Shown here piece after piece: positions 1 through 9,100 of a stretch of DNA of 64,000 nucleotides. The DNA comes from Chloroflexota bacterium. Lineage in GTDB: Bacteria; Chloroflexota; UBA11872. The stretch's first letter is position 1. Each line of letters starts with the position of its first letter. The DNA lies in assembly GCA_965208215.1 (NCBI GenBank), contig CBDBOH010000003.1:1470880-1534879 (forward strand), given 5' to 3'. Position numbers and translations under genes: made by a program. The notes beneath the pieces were generated by a model. That model saw only the letters and a list, made by a program, of their open reading frames with translations, had not been told where the DNA came from and searched no databases.

Positions 1-2386
1 TGCGTTCCCAGGACGCTCTCAGGTCGCCGTGGGGCGTGGGGACCACGCCGTTGGCCCAGTCCAGCACGCCGGGGTTCGGGTGAATCCGGCAGGTCTGGAA
101 GCCCGGACCGGTTGGGGTCACGCCCAGGAGGTCGGTCGTAAGCGCCACGCCGGCCCCCACCGCGCTCACATGGGTGAGGCTGCGCGGGGCGGCGTGACGC
201 ATCTGGTGGCGCGTGGCGACCTGTTCGTCCGAGGTGATGGGGTCGTGATGCGACAGGAAGGGGCCCCACGCTTCCCAGACCGTGGGGTTGTCCATGAGTT
301 CGAGCATGGGGCGGAAGCGCTCGCGGACTCCGTTCAGGGCCGGCGTCGACAGCCCGACTCGGAGTAGCGCGGTGAGCACGTCGCCGAAGTAGGCGGGAGT
401 TGCCGGCGTCAGCGACGGATCCCGGGCGCTCAGTTTGGCAGCGATCCGCTCGGCCTGTTCGGGCGTCGCTACGCCGTGGATCAGGGCCAGCGCGTTGCCG
501 TGTTCGCTGGCGAGTCCGGTGAGCTTCCCGCGGTGGTAGCTGTCTTCGTAGAGGCCGCGCTCGGGGTTCCAAAAGACGCGGCGGATCCGGGCCCGGACCG
601 ATTGCGTGATGCCGGTCCAGCGGCGCGCGTCCGCCTTGTGATCCAGCTGCTCGGCCAGCCAGGCGGCAGCCTCCAGGCCGATGGAGTAGAAGATGTTGGT
701 GGCCAGATTGGCGCCTCGCAGGTCCACGGGCGCCCAGTCCAGCCAGTTCCAGCCGGGCAGGTCACGCAGCAGGCCCAGGCTATCCCGGTACGGTTCGAAC
801 CAGTCGATCTGCCGCTGCACGCTGGGGTACAGGTCTTCCGCTACGTCGCGTCGCCCGGTAAAGAGGTAGTGCTCACGAACGTTCAGGCTCCAGGCCAGCA
901 GGTGCTGGGGGATGAAGATGCGTGGATCGAGCCGGGCCGGCGGGAAGGTGATCTCCAGCCTGCCGTCACCCCGATCCGTGGCGGGAAAGGATCGCAGCAG
1001 CCGGTCGGCCAGCGACAGGTCGCCGTAGGCGAGGTACATACCCGGGATTCCCTGACGCGGGTCGCCGCCGGCCCATTGCGCGCGTTCGCGCCAGGCGTCG
1101 CCGGTTAGCGTGTCCTCCATGTTCAGATAGACGGTGTCGGCGCAGGCCGTCCACAGTTTTGTGAGCAGCGGATCGGCGCAGGCGAAGGCGCCGCGCCGCT
1201 CGGCCGGGTACTCGTACGAGTTCAGCGAGATGCCGCGGATGCGGACCGGGGTCTCGGGGCTGCGGACAGTGAGATGCAGGTAGCGAAACTGGCGATAGGC
1301 CGCCACCTCCCAGACCTGCTCACCGGCGCGGGCCAGGTAGCGGTCCGCAACTGGGAGCCTGGACGGCACGCGGTTGTCGACTAGCAGCTGGTCGTAGGTC
1401 AGGTCCATCTTCGCGCCCGGCGGGGCGTCCAGCCGGATGCGTGGAAAGCCAAAGAGCTGGCGACCGAAGTCAAGCACCAGGAAGGGCTGGCGGATGCCGT
1501 GCCCGGCGACGAGGGCGCCCTGGAACAGGGCGGCGGTGTCGTCGCCGGTGAGGACCGCTTCCGGCCGCTCGGCACGCGTGTGTTCCAGGGGAAGCCGGAG
1601 CTCGGCGGCCAGGAGGCGCGCCACGTCGAGCCTTGACCGGCGCCGGCGTTTCGCGGGCGGGCCGTAGGCGAACGCGGGGGGTTCCTGGTCGATCACCTCG
1701 CCGACCGTCACCACCCGGGTTGGTCGAACCTCGCGCTCTCGCAGCAGCGGCGTCGAACGCGGCTCCAGCAGGAACCAGTCCAACTCGCGGGGCGGAATCT
1801 CCCAGGCCGGGGACCAGCCCGAGTCGTCGAATTCCAGCCGAATCCAGTCCGGCGGGTCGGCGCTGGCGTCGAAGACCTCAGGGCTGCCGAAGGTTCCCTC
1901 GAGCGGCGGCACGTCCCGGCTCCAGGCCGTGGCCGGTCGCAGCTTCCAGCGGGAATCAGTGCCAAACACCTCGGACGTGCCGTCCGGTCGTGAGATCTCC
2001 AGTTCCGCCCAGAGGCCGGCGCGTTCGCCCACGGTGTAGGGGTTGCCGCTCTGCGAGTGCCAGCCCTCTCCCTGGCTCGCCGCGCCGTAGTGATAGGCGC
2101 GGACCGCGATGACGTTTGCGCCGGAACGGAGCCTGGAGGCCACGTCGTACGTGTCGTAGCTCTTGCGCCTGGGATCGCTGCGCGCCGGGCCGCGGCCCAT
2201 GAGTGCCCCGTTGACGTACACGACGTAGCGATCCGATGCCGTGATGTGCAGGCGCGCCCGGCCGGGCTGCCGGGCAAGCGCAAATGAGCGGCGGACGTAC
2301 AGATAGCAGTGGTAGGGCCTGGGCTCGCCCCGGCACCAGATCCAGACGCCGGTCCGTTGACTCGATGGAGACACGCCGGCCGTCAT
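1..2386 (-). CDS. alpha-L-rhamnosidase, GH78 family (3'-partial, runs off left edge of window)
   Basis: Unterminated minus-strand ORF starting at ATG 2386; absent from ORF track because no stop lies in the window. Hand translation gives MTAGVSPSSQRTGVWIWCRGEPRPYHCYLYVRRSF...ITASDRYVVYVNG...YHYGAASQGEGWH... and a C-terminal region ...NPTVWEAWGPFLSHHDP...HVSAVGAGVALTTDLLGVTPTGPGFQTCRIHPNPG...PTPHGDLRASW. These motifs are typical of bacterial rhamnosidase N-terminal and catalytic/C-terminal domains. Frame checked at three points (2386, 1318, 7). No ORF of 60 aa or more is listed in this frame anywhere in 1-2400, consistent with one continuous ORF. Confidence 0.55.
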   Translation of the reverse strand, partial: MTAGVSPSSQRTGVWIWCRGEPRPYHCYLYVRRSFALARQPGRARLHITASDRYVVYVNGALMGRGPARSDPRRKSYDTYDVASRLRSGANVIAVRAYHYGAASQGEGWHSQSGNPYTVGERAGLWAELEISRPDGTSEVFGTDSRWKLRPATAWSRDVPPLEGTFGSPEVFDASADPPDWIRLEFDDSGWSPAWEIPPRELDWFLLEPRSTPLLREREVRPTRVVTVGEVIDQEPPAFAYGPPAKRRRRSRLDVARLLAAELRLPLEHTRAERPEAVLTGDDTAALFQGALVAGHGIRQPFLVLDFGRQLFGFPRIRLDAPPGAKMDLTYDQLLVDNRVPSRLPVADRYLARAGEQVWEVAAYRQFRYLHLTVRSPETPVRIRGISLNSYEYPAERRGAFACADPLLTKLWTACADTVYLNMEDTLTGDAWRERAQWAGGDPRQGIPGMYLAYGDLSLADRLLRSFPATDRGDGRLEITFPPARLDPRIFIPQHLLAWSLNVREHYLFTGRRDVAEDLYPSVQRQIDWFEPYRDSLGLLRDLPGWNWLDWAPVDLRGANLATNIFYSIGLEAAAWLAEQLDHKADARRWTGITQSVRARIRRVFWNPERGLYEDSYHRGKLTGLASEHGNALALIHGVATPEQAERIAAKLSARDPSLTPATPAYFGDVLTALLRVGLSTPALNGVRERFRPMLELMDNPTVWEAWGPFLSHHDPITSDEQVATRHQMRHAAPRSLTHVSAVGAGVALTTDLLGVTPTGPGFQTCRIHPNPGVLDWANGVVPTPHGDLRASWER

Positions 2387-2551
2387 CCGCAAGCCTCCAC
2401 GCCGCAGCGACGGCGGTCGGCGGCTCTAAACCATAGAGCACGGCGCCGATGTCCGCCCGGAGCGCAGGGTGTGACAAGCTGCGAAATGCAGGTGTCGGAC
2501 GACGACGGATGGCGCGTGTTCTGGAAGCGGCGGCGTGGGCGCGAGAAGTTG

Positions 2552-3169
2552 ATGGCCGAGATCCGGCGGGCCGGCATCGTGACGTCGGAGCCGGTGCTGG
2601 AGGCCATCGAGCGGGTCGAGCGCCGCCACTTTGTCAGGCCCGATGACGAGCGCGAGGCGTATGACAACGCGCCGCTGCCGATCGGGCGGGGGCAGACCAT
2701 TTCGCAGCCGCTGGTGGTGGCGCTGATGTCCGAGGCCCTGGCCATTGGGTCGTGCGACCGGGTGCTGGAGATCGGGACGGGGTCGGGCTACCAGGCGGCG
2801 GTGCTGGCGGAGATGGGCGCGCAGGTTTACAGCGTGGAGATCATCCCCGCACTCTCGGACTGGGCGGCGGCGAACCTGCGAAGCGCCGGGTATGGCGGCG
2901 TTGCGCTGCGCACCGACGATGGGTTCTTCGGCTGGGAGGAGCACGCGCCCTACGACGCCATCATCGTCACGGCAGCGGCCAGCAAGATTCCGCGGCCGCT
3001 GATCCCCCAGCTGCGGGTCGGTGGCCGGCTGGTCGTTCCGGTGGGTTCGAACGCCTGGGATCAGACGCTGTGGGTGGTGGAGCGGACCGAGGAGGGTGAG
3101 ACGTCAACCAACCTCGGCCCGGTGCGCTTCGTGCCGCTGACCGGCGACGGGCAAAGCGCCGCCGGCTGA
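2552..3169 (+). CDS. pcm: protein-L-isoaspartate O-methyltransferase
   Basis: GTISQPLVVALMSEAL, VLEIGTGSGYQAAVLAEMG and DAIIVTAAASKIP motifs. ATG 2552 is preceded by GAGAAG SD; alternative upstream ATG at 2486. Listed ORF 2309..3169 is longer because of an in-frame GTG. Confidence 0.8.
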   Translation: MAEIRRAGIVTSEPVLEAIERVERRHFVRPDDEREAYDNAPLPIGRGQTISQPLVVALMSEALAIGSCDRVLEIGTGSGYQAAVLAEMGAQVYSVEIIPALSDWAAANLRSAGYGGVALRTDDGFFGWEEHAPYDAIIVTAAASKIPRPLIPQLRVGGRLVVPVGSNAWDQTLWVVERTEEGETSTNLGPVRFVPLTGDGQSAAG

Positions 3170-3188
3170 GCGGCCGACCTGGCCCGGC

Positions 3189-4397
3189 TCAGACTCCCGG
3201 CTCGTCGCCGAAGCGATCGTGCTCCTGGGGCGGGCCGTCGAACTCCAGCGCGATGACCGTGTCGATGGGATCGGGGGCGTAGGCGGGCAGGCCGCGCAGC
3301 CAGACGCGGTGGCCTTGTTGCTCCACGGCGACCGGCGCATCCGATCCCAGCAGGCGCGCGCTGAGGATGCGTCCGCCCACGCCGCCCACCACGATCTCCT
3401 CGCCCGGCCAGCGCCAGCAGTGCAGGTAGAGCGTGTTGCCGATCTTGGTGTGGGTGCGACCCGCGCTGCTGATGCGCAGCCGGTCGGCGGTTGGCTCGCT
3501 GCCGTAGATCGACTCGCCGTACACATCCAGCCAGCGGCCCATGGCGCGCAGGCGCTCCACGGACTCGAAGGGAATGCGGCCGTCGGGATCGGGGCCCACG
3601 TTCAGCAGGTAGTTCCCGCCGCCGTTGGCCGCGGTGACCAGGTAGTGGATGAGCTGGCGGGGGGACTTCCACTCGCGGTCGATGGTGGAGTAGCCCCAGG
3701 TCGTATTCATGGTCATGCAGCTTTCCCAGAGCCGATCCGGGGAGGGCGTGACGTGCTGCTCGGGCGTGTCGAAGTCCTCGGGCTGCATGGAGCGGTTGTT
3801 GATGAGGATGTCCGGGTGCAGCCGCCGGACTTCGGCGTTGAGCGGGGTGGAGTTCCAGTCCTCGGGCGTGTAGGGCCAGCCGCCGTCGTACCAGAGCACC
3901 GAGAGGTCGCCGTACTCGGTGCATAGCTCCAGGACCTGGGCATGCACGTAATCCAGGAACTCGGCCCAGCCCTCCGGGTCGCGGGCCTTGCCGCGGAAGT
4001 AGGCCGGGTAGCGCCAGTCAAGCAGCGAGTAATAGAAGCCGTAGCGCATGCCACGCTTCTCGCAGGCGTTGACGAACTCGGCCAGCAGGTCGCGCTTCGC
4101 GGCCGTCCTGGGAGCCGTGAAGTCGGAGACCTGGGAGTCCCAGAGGCTGAAGCCCTCGTGGTGACGCGAGGTCAGGATCATGTAGCGCATGCCGGCGTCC
4201 TGGGCCAGCGCCACCCACTCGTCGGGGTTGTAGTGCTGGGGATCGAACCGATCGGCCAGGACCTTGTATTCCTCGGGAGGAATGCTCTCCTGGTACATCG
4301 TCCACTCGTGGCGGGCGAGGAGGGAGTACAAGCCCCAGTGGATGAACATGCCGAAGCGGGCGTCGTGCCACCAGGACAGCGCGGCGGGGGTTGGCAT
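3189..4397 (-). CDS. alpha-L-fucosidase, GH29 family
   Basis: 402-aa ORF: WWHDARFGMFIHWGLYS...MRYMILTSRHHEGFSLWDS...YGFYYSLLDW. Classic GH29 N-terminal catalytic region. Confidence 0.85.
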   Translation of the reverse strand: MPTPAALSWWHDARFGMFIHWGLYSLLARHEWTMYQESIPPEEYKVLADRFDPQHYNPDEWVALAQDAGMRYMILTSRHHEGFSLWDSQVSDFTAPRTAAKRDLLAEFVNACEKRGMRYGFYYSLLDWRYPAYFRGKARDPEGWAEFLDYVHAQVLELCTEYGDLSVLWYDGGWPYTPEDWNSTPLNAEVRRLHPDILINNRSMQPEDFDTPEQHVTPSPDRLWESCMTMNTTWGYSTIDREWKSPRQLIHYLVTAANGGGNYLLNVGPDPDGRIPFESVERLRAMGRWLDVYGESIYGSEPTADRLRISSAGRTHTKIGNTLYLHCWRWPGEEIVVGGVGGRILSARLLGSDAPVAVEQQGHRVWLRGLPAYAPDPIDTVIALEFDGPPQEHDRFGDEPGV

Positions 4398-4657
4398 TAG
4401 AGCTTCCTTCGGATGGGGAGTTGATCAGACGGCAGCATGCGCCCGTGCAGGGTAATCGGGCAATTGCGGGGCCCCGGGATGTGGGTCGTCGTAGCATCGG
4501 CGCGCGGTCAGGTCTACGTCAGGTGCGGGCGGACCCATGATCCATCTACCAGTGGGCAGGCGGGAATCCTCGATCCGATCTAAGGGTCAGCAGCAAAGTA
4601 ATCCCCGCGCGTCACGGGTGGTTATGCATTGATGATATGACGTTATGCTAGTGCATC

Positions 4658-4915
4658 ATGCGAACGACAATCTCGCTCGACGATCAGCTGGCCCGGCAAG
4701 TGCGTCGTGCGGCAGCAGCCCGCGACATGAGCGTGAGCGCCTTTATTTCCAAGACGCTGGACGACGCGCTGAAACGCCACGACCCGTCTGAGCCGCCGCC
4801 TTTCCGCCTGATAACCGTGCGTGGCGTTCGACCCCGTCCCGGAGTCGATCTGGACCGGCCGAGGGCGCTCGATGCTCGGGAGGACGAGGCCAGGTTCACG
4901 CGCGGGCGTGGGTGA
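4658..4915 (+). CDS. vapB: ribbon-helix-helix/VapB-type antitoxin
   Basis: 85-aa ORF, MRTTISLDDQLARQVRRAAAARDMSVSAFISKTLDDAL (RHH/CopG-like). Immediately precedes a PIN gene. AT-rich leader with GTTATGC direct repeats upstream. Confidence 0.6.
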   Translation: MRTTISLDDQLARQVRRAAAARDMSVSAFISKTLDDALKRHDPSEPPPFRLITVRGVRPRPGVDLDRPRALDAREDEARFTRGRG

Positions 4916-4921
4916 CGCCAG

Positions 4922-5365
4922 TTGCTGCTTCCCGACGTCAATGTCCTGATTTACGCGCACATCGAGGACTCGACTCCCGACCACGCTGAGTACGCGAGCT
5001 GGATCACCCGTCTGGCGACAGGGCCCGAACCGTTCGCCCTTTCCGTTCTGGTCTTGTCCGGATTCATTCGCGTCGTGACCAATCCCCGAGTCTTCAGCCC
5101 GTCGTCGACTCTCGATCAGTCATTCGGGTTCGTCACGGCACTCGTGGAACGCCCAACCGCGCGGATTGTGGGCCCGGGTCCAGATCATCTGGAAATCTTC
5201 GAACGACTGTGCCGTGCGTCCGGCGCCACCGGAAAGCTGGTCGCCGACGCTCAGCACGCGGCGGTTGCCGTGGAACATGGGTGCACTATGGTGACGACCG
5301 ATTCGGATTTCAGCCGATTCCCCGGACTGCGATGGAAGCATCCACTGGGCCCAGACGGGGTCTAG
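4922..5365 (+). CDS. vapC: PIN-domain ribonuclease toxin, VapC family
   Basis: MLLPDVNVLIYAH...TTDSDF motifs; TTG start 7 nt after vapB stop. Confidence 0.75.
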   Translation: MLLPDVNVLIYAHIEDSTPDHAEYASWITRLATGPEPFALSVLVLSGFIRVVTNPRVFSPSSTLDQSFGFVTALVERPTARIVGPGPDHLEIFERLCRASGATGKLVADAQHAAVAVEHGCTMVTTDSDFSRFPGLRWKHPLGPDGV

Positions 5366-5425
5366 ATCCCGTCTGCTCGAACTGTGCCTGACCGTCGATC
5401 ACGCCTGACGCGCCCGATCAATCCC

Positions 5426-5635
5426 ATGCCGGGTTCGGTCGAGAGCGCTCTCGAGGAGGCTGGCCTGATGGAGGCCTACCAGGCCCGCCCGCCGTACCAG
5501 CGGAACGACTACCTGGGCTGGATTGATCGGGCCAAGCGACCCGAGACGAAAGCCCGCCGGCTGCGACAGATGCTTGACGAACTGGAGCAGGGCGACGTGT
5601 ACATGAAGATGGCGTGGAGCGCAGGGAGGCGGTAG
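5426..5635 (+). CDS. YdeI/OmpD-associated family protein (short form)
   Basis: [30 protein letters not shown] resembles YdeI C-terminal region. Start taken at internal ATG 5426 of listed ORF 5384..5635. Confidence 0.4.
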   Translation: MPGSVESALEEAGLMEAYQARPPYQRNDYLGWIDRAKRPETKARRLRQMLDELEQGDVYMKMAWSAGRR

Positions 5636-5672
5636 CAGACGCGCCCGCATCGCCTACGATGTATTTGTGGTA

Positions 5673-5969
5673 ATGAAGAATCCTCCGCATCCGGGACGCA
5701 GCATCCAGTTGACGTGCCTTGAGCCGTTGGGCCTTAGCGTGACGGATGCTGCTAAGGGCCTGGGGGTGGCGCGGCACACGCTATCGCGCGTGTTAAACGG
5801 ACACGCGGGGATATCGGCTGAAATGGCGATTCGACTCGAGAAGGCCGGCTGGTCGAATGCCGAGTTCTGGCTGCGTCTCCAGGCCGCCTACGACCTGGCG
5901 CAAGCTCGCCGGCGGCAGGACCAGATCAGGGTGGAAGCTTCGTTGCTTGAGGCCCGGCCAGCGGGCTGA
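5673..5969 (+). CDS. higA: HigA-family addiction-module antidote (XRE HTH), apparently orphan
   Basis: [12 protein letters not shown]...[56 protein letters not shown] matches HigA antidote pattern. No RelE/HigB-like ORF found upstream. Confidence 0.7.
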   Translation: MKNPPHPGRSIQLTCLEPLGLSVTDAAKGLGVARHTLSRVLNGHAGISAEMAIRLEKAGWSNAEFWLRLQAAYDLAQARRRQDQIRVEASLLEARPAG

Positions 5970-6163
5970 CCGTCGACGACCGGAGATCGTCTCTAGCGGC
6001 TGACCAGCAGTGCCACAGCCAGTCCGGGGCGCGCCGGTGCTGACGGGCAGCCGACTGCGGAGGGCCACCGGACCGCCCGCGGCCGCGCGATCCTTGGAAT
6101 GAAGGAACGAATGGCGCCGTGCGTGCGTAATCTCTACAGACGGAACACTGCTTCCCAAACCGG

Positions 6164-9100
6164 ATGATGCGCACCCGTCTGCCAGTGCGTGCTCAATGGC
6201 GCAGCCTGCCGAGGGCGCTGGGGCCGTTGGTTGGGGCCGTGTGCCTTGGGCTGGTCGCGGTTCTGCAGCCCGTGGCGCAGGCGCAGGGGCCCAGTCCCGG
6301 TCCGGCGCTGCTTCCGACGGCGGCGGTCGAGCCTCCGAGGCCGGACCAGCGGTTCGTGACCGTGAGCAGCGGCAATTTCCATACGTGCGCCCTCCAGGCG
6401 AATGGCGAAGTCCTGTGTTGGGGGGCCGAGCCGCCTGGTGAGACGGCTGACGTCGGACCAGTTGGCTTCGGCCAGGCGTTGCCGCCAGCCGGCGAACGCT
6501 TCGTGGCCATCAGCAGCGGCGGCTTTCACACCTGCGGCCTGCGGGACGACGGAAGCGCGGCGTGCTGGGGCGCCGATCCGGGCGGCCAGTCCGAGGACCT
6601 GGGGCAGGTGGGCTTCGGCCAGACCTCGCCGCCGAATGGCGAGGCCTTTACCGCCATTAGCAGTGGCGGTACGCACACGTGCGGGCTGCGTGGGGATGGC
6701 TCGGTGGCCTGCTGGGGGAACGACGAGTCCGGCCAGGCCTCGCCGCCCGACGAGGAGCGGTTCACGGTGATCACCAGCGGCGCGAATCACTCCTGTGGCG
6801 TTCGCGAGGACGGAACCGTCGTCTGTTGGGGGCCGGAGCCGGGTCCTGGTCCGTTCGGAGGCTGGGAAGCTCCCCCGGAAGCCGCCTTCGGGTCGATCGA
6901 CGGGGCCCACGGCTATACGTGCGGCGTGCCGCTGGAAGGCCCGCCGTTCTGCTGGGGGAGCTATTCGGAGACTCCCAATCTCGCGAGGTATCCGCCGCCG
7001 GATCTTTGGCTCATCGCCGTTAGCGGCGGCGGGGGGCACGCCTGCGGGCTCCGGAAGGACGGAATGCCGGTGTGCTGGGGGGATCTGCCGGACAGCCCGC
7101 CGCCGGGGCAGCGCTTCGCGTCGCTCAGCAGCGGGATGGGGCACACCTGCGGGCTACGCGCCGACGACGGCACGGTGGCCTGCTGGGGCGACGATTCGTA
7201 TGGGCAGGCGTCCCCGCCCGAAGGTGCGCGGTACCTGGGTTCCGAGCCCGTCCCGCCCGATCCCTACGATCCTGGGGCGCCGCTGGTGGCGCTGAGCAGC
7301 GGCGGTGGACACGTCTGCGGTATCACCAATGAAGGCTTCGCCTGGTGCGCAGGCAACGACCATTACGGTCAGGCATCGCCGCCGCCCGGTGTGAAGTTCG
7401 CCTCCATCAGCAGCGGCTCGTTTCACACCTGCGGCATTCGCCTGGATGGCGTGGCCGTTTGCTGGGGGGATGACGAGGACGGTGAGTCCTCGCCGCCGGC
7501 AGGCGAGCGGTTCGTCTCAATCAGCAGCAGCGCCGGCCGTACCTGCGCCCTCCGGGAAGACGGTACGCCTGTCTGCTGGGGCCGCGAGAGCGCCGAAGAA
7601 ACGGCGGCGGTGGCGGCCGAGCAATTCAGCGCTATCAGTGCCGGCTGGGGCCACGCCTGTGCGTTGCGGGCGGACGGCACGGCCGTCTGCTGGGGGAGTA
7701 ACTGGGGAGGTCAGGCCACGCCGCCTGAGGATCAGAGGTTCACGGCCATCAGCACTGGCTGGGACCACACCTGCGCCTTGCGCGAGGACGGCGCAGCCGT
7801 CTGCTGGGGCCGCGATCAGTACGGCCAGGCGTCCCCGCCGGAGCACGAGCGCTTCGTGGATATCAGCACGAACACTTACCACACCTGCGCGCTGAGAGAA
7901 GACGGTACGCCCGTATGTTGGGGCGCAGCCGATCCCTGGGGGGACTACGGCCAGGCGTCCCCCCGTCCAGGGGATCGGTTTGTGTCGGTGAGCAGTGGCG
8001 ACAACTTCACCTGCGGCCTGCGGGCGGACGGCACCTACGGGTGCTGGCGCTTCGGCCCCGCGAATCTCGGGTTCGACCTCGACACCGTCGGCCGCGAGGG
8101 ATTCCGGGCGGTGCGCGATCAAGCGCTGACTGCCGTGAGCAGCGGCAACCGGCATACCTGCGCGATTGGTGCGGACGGCACGCTGCGGTGCTGGGGACTG
8201 AATGACTACGGTCAGGCCACGCCTCCCGCGGAGGGGACCTTCATCGCGGTCAGCAGCGGAGGGCGACATACGTGCGCCCTGCGCGACAACGGTGAGGCGA
8301 TCTGCTGGGGCGATGAGGCGGACGGCCGGACCCAGCCGCCGGCCGACGATCGGTTCGTCGCGATCAGCAGTGGATGGGCCCATACCTGTGCGCTGCGTGA
8401 GGACGGGTCGGCCGCTTGCTGGGGCAGGGACCATAACGGCCAGGCCGCACCGCCAGCGGACGAACGCTTCAGCGCCGTCAGTAGCGGGCTCACGCACACG
8501 TGCGCGCTGCGCCAGGATGGGTCGGCGGTGTGCTGGGGCCAAGACTACGACGGCCAAGCCTCGGCGCCGGAAGGCGCTCGGTTTGCCGCCATCAGCAGTG
8601 GCTCGGATTACACCTGCGCCCTGTACGAGGACGGCAGCCCGTTCTGCTGGGGCGATCCGGATGACGAGACGTCGACGCCGCCATATGTCGAGCGCTTCGT
8701 CGCGATCAGCACCGGCCCGGATCACGCGTGCGGACTGCGCGCCGACGGCACGCCGGTCTGCTGGGGCGAACGAAACGCGGTTGCTCCGCCCGACGTGCGC
8801 TTCGGTGCAATCAGCATCGGCGCGGTGCATACCTGCGCGCTGCGTACGGACGGCCGTCCCATCTGCTGGGGCACTGGCTTCCAGACACCGACCGAGTCGG
8901 CCAAGCGCTCGGAATTCGAGACGGTCAGCGTTCAGAGCTTCGTCGCCATCAGCAGTGGCTACGGGCACGTCTGCGCGCTGCGCGAGGACGGGTCGGTTGT
9001 CTGCTGGGGCTCGAGCGGAGCAGGGAAGACCGCGGCGCCGCAGGGCGAGACGTTCTCCTCGCTGACCAGCGGCGGCGATCACACGTGCGGGTTGCGTGCG

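Noticed and set aside
5384-5660. A HigB/RelE toxin partner for the HigA-like gene
   Set aside because: The only upstream ORF (5384..5635) looks like YdeI, not RelE/ParE, and other frames give junk. HigA is therefore called orphan; the call is tentative without HMM searches.
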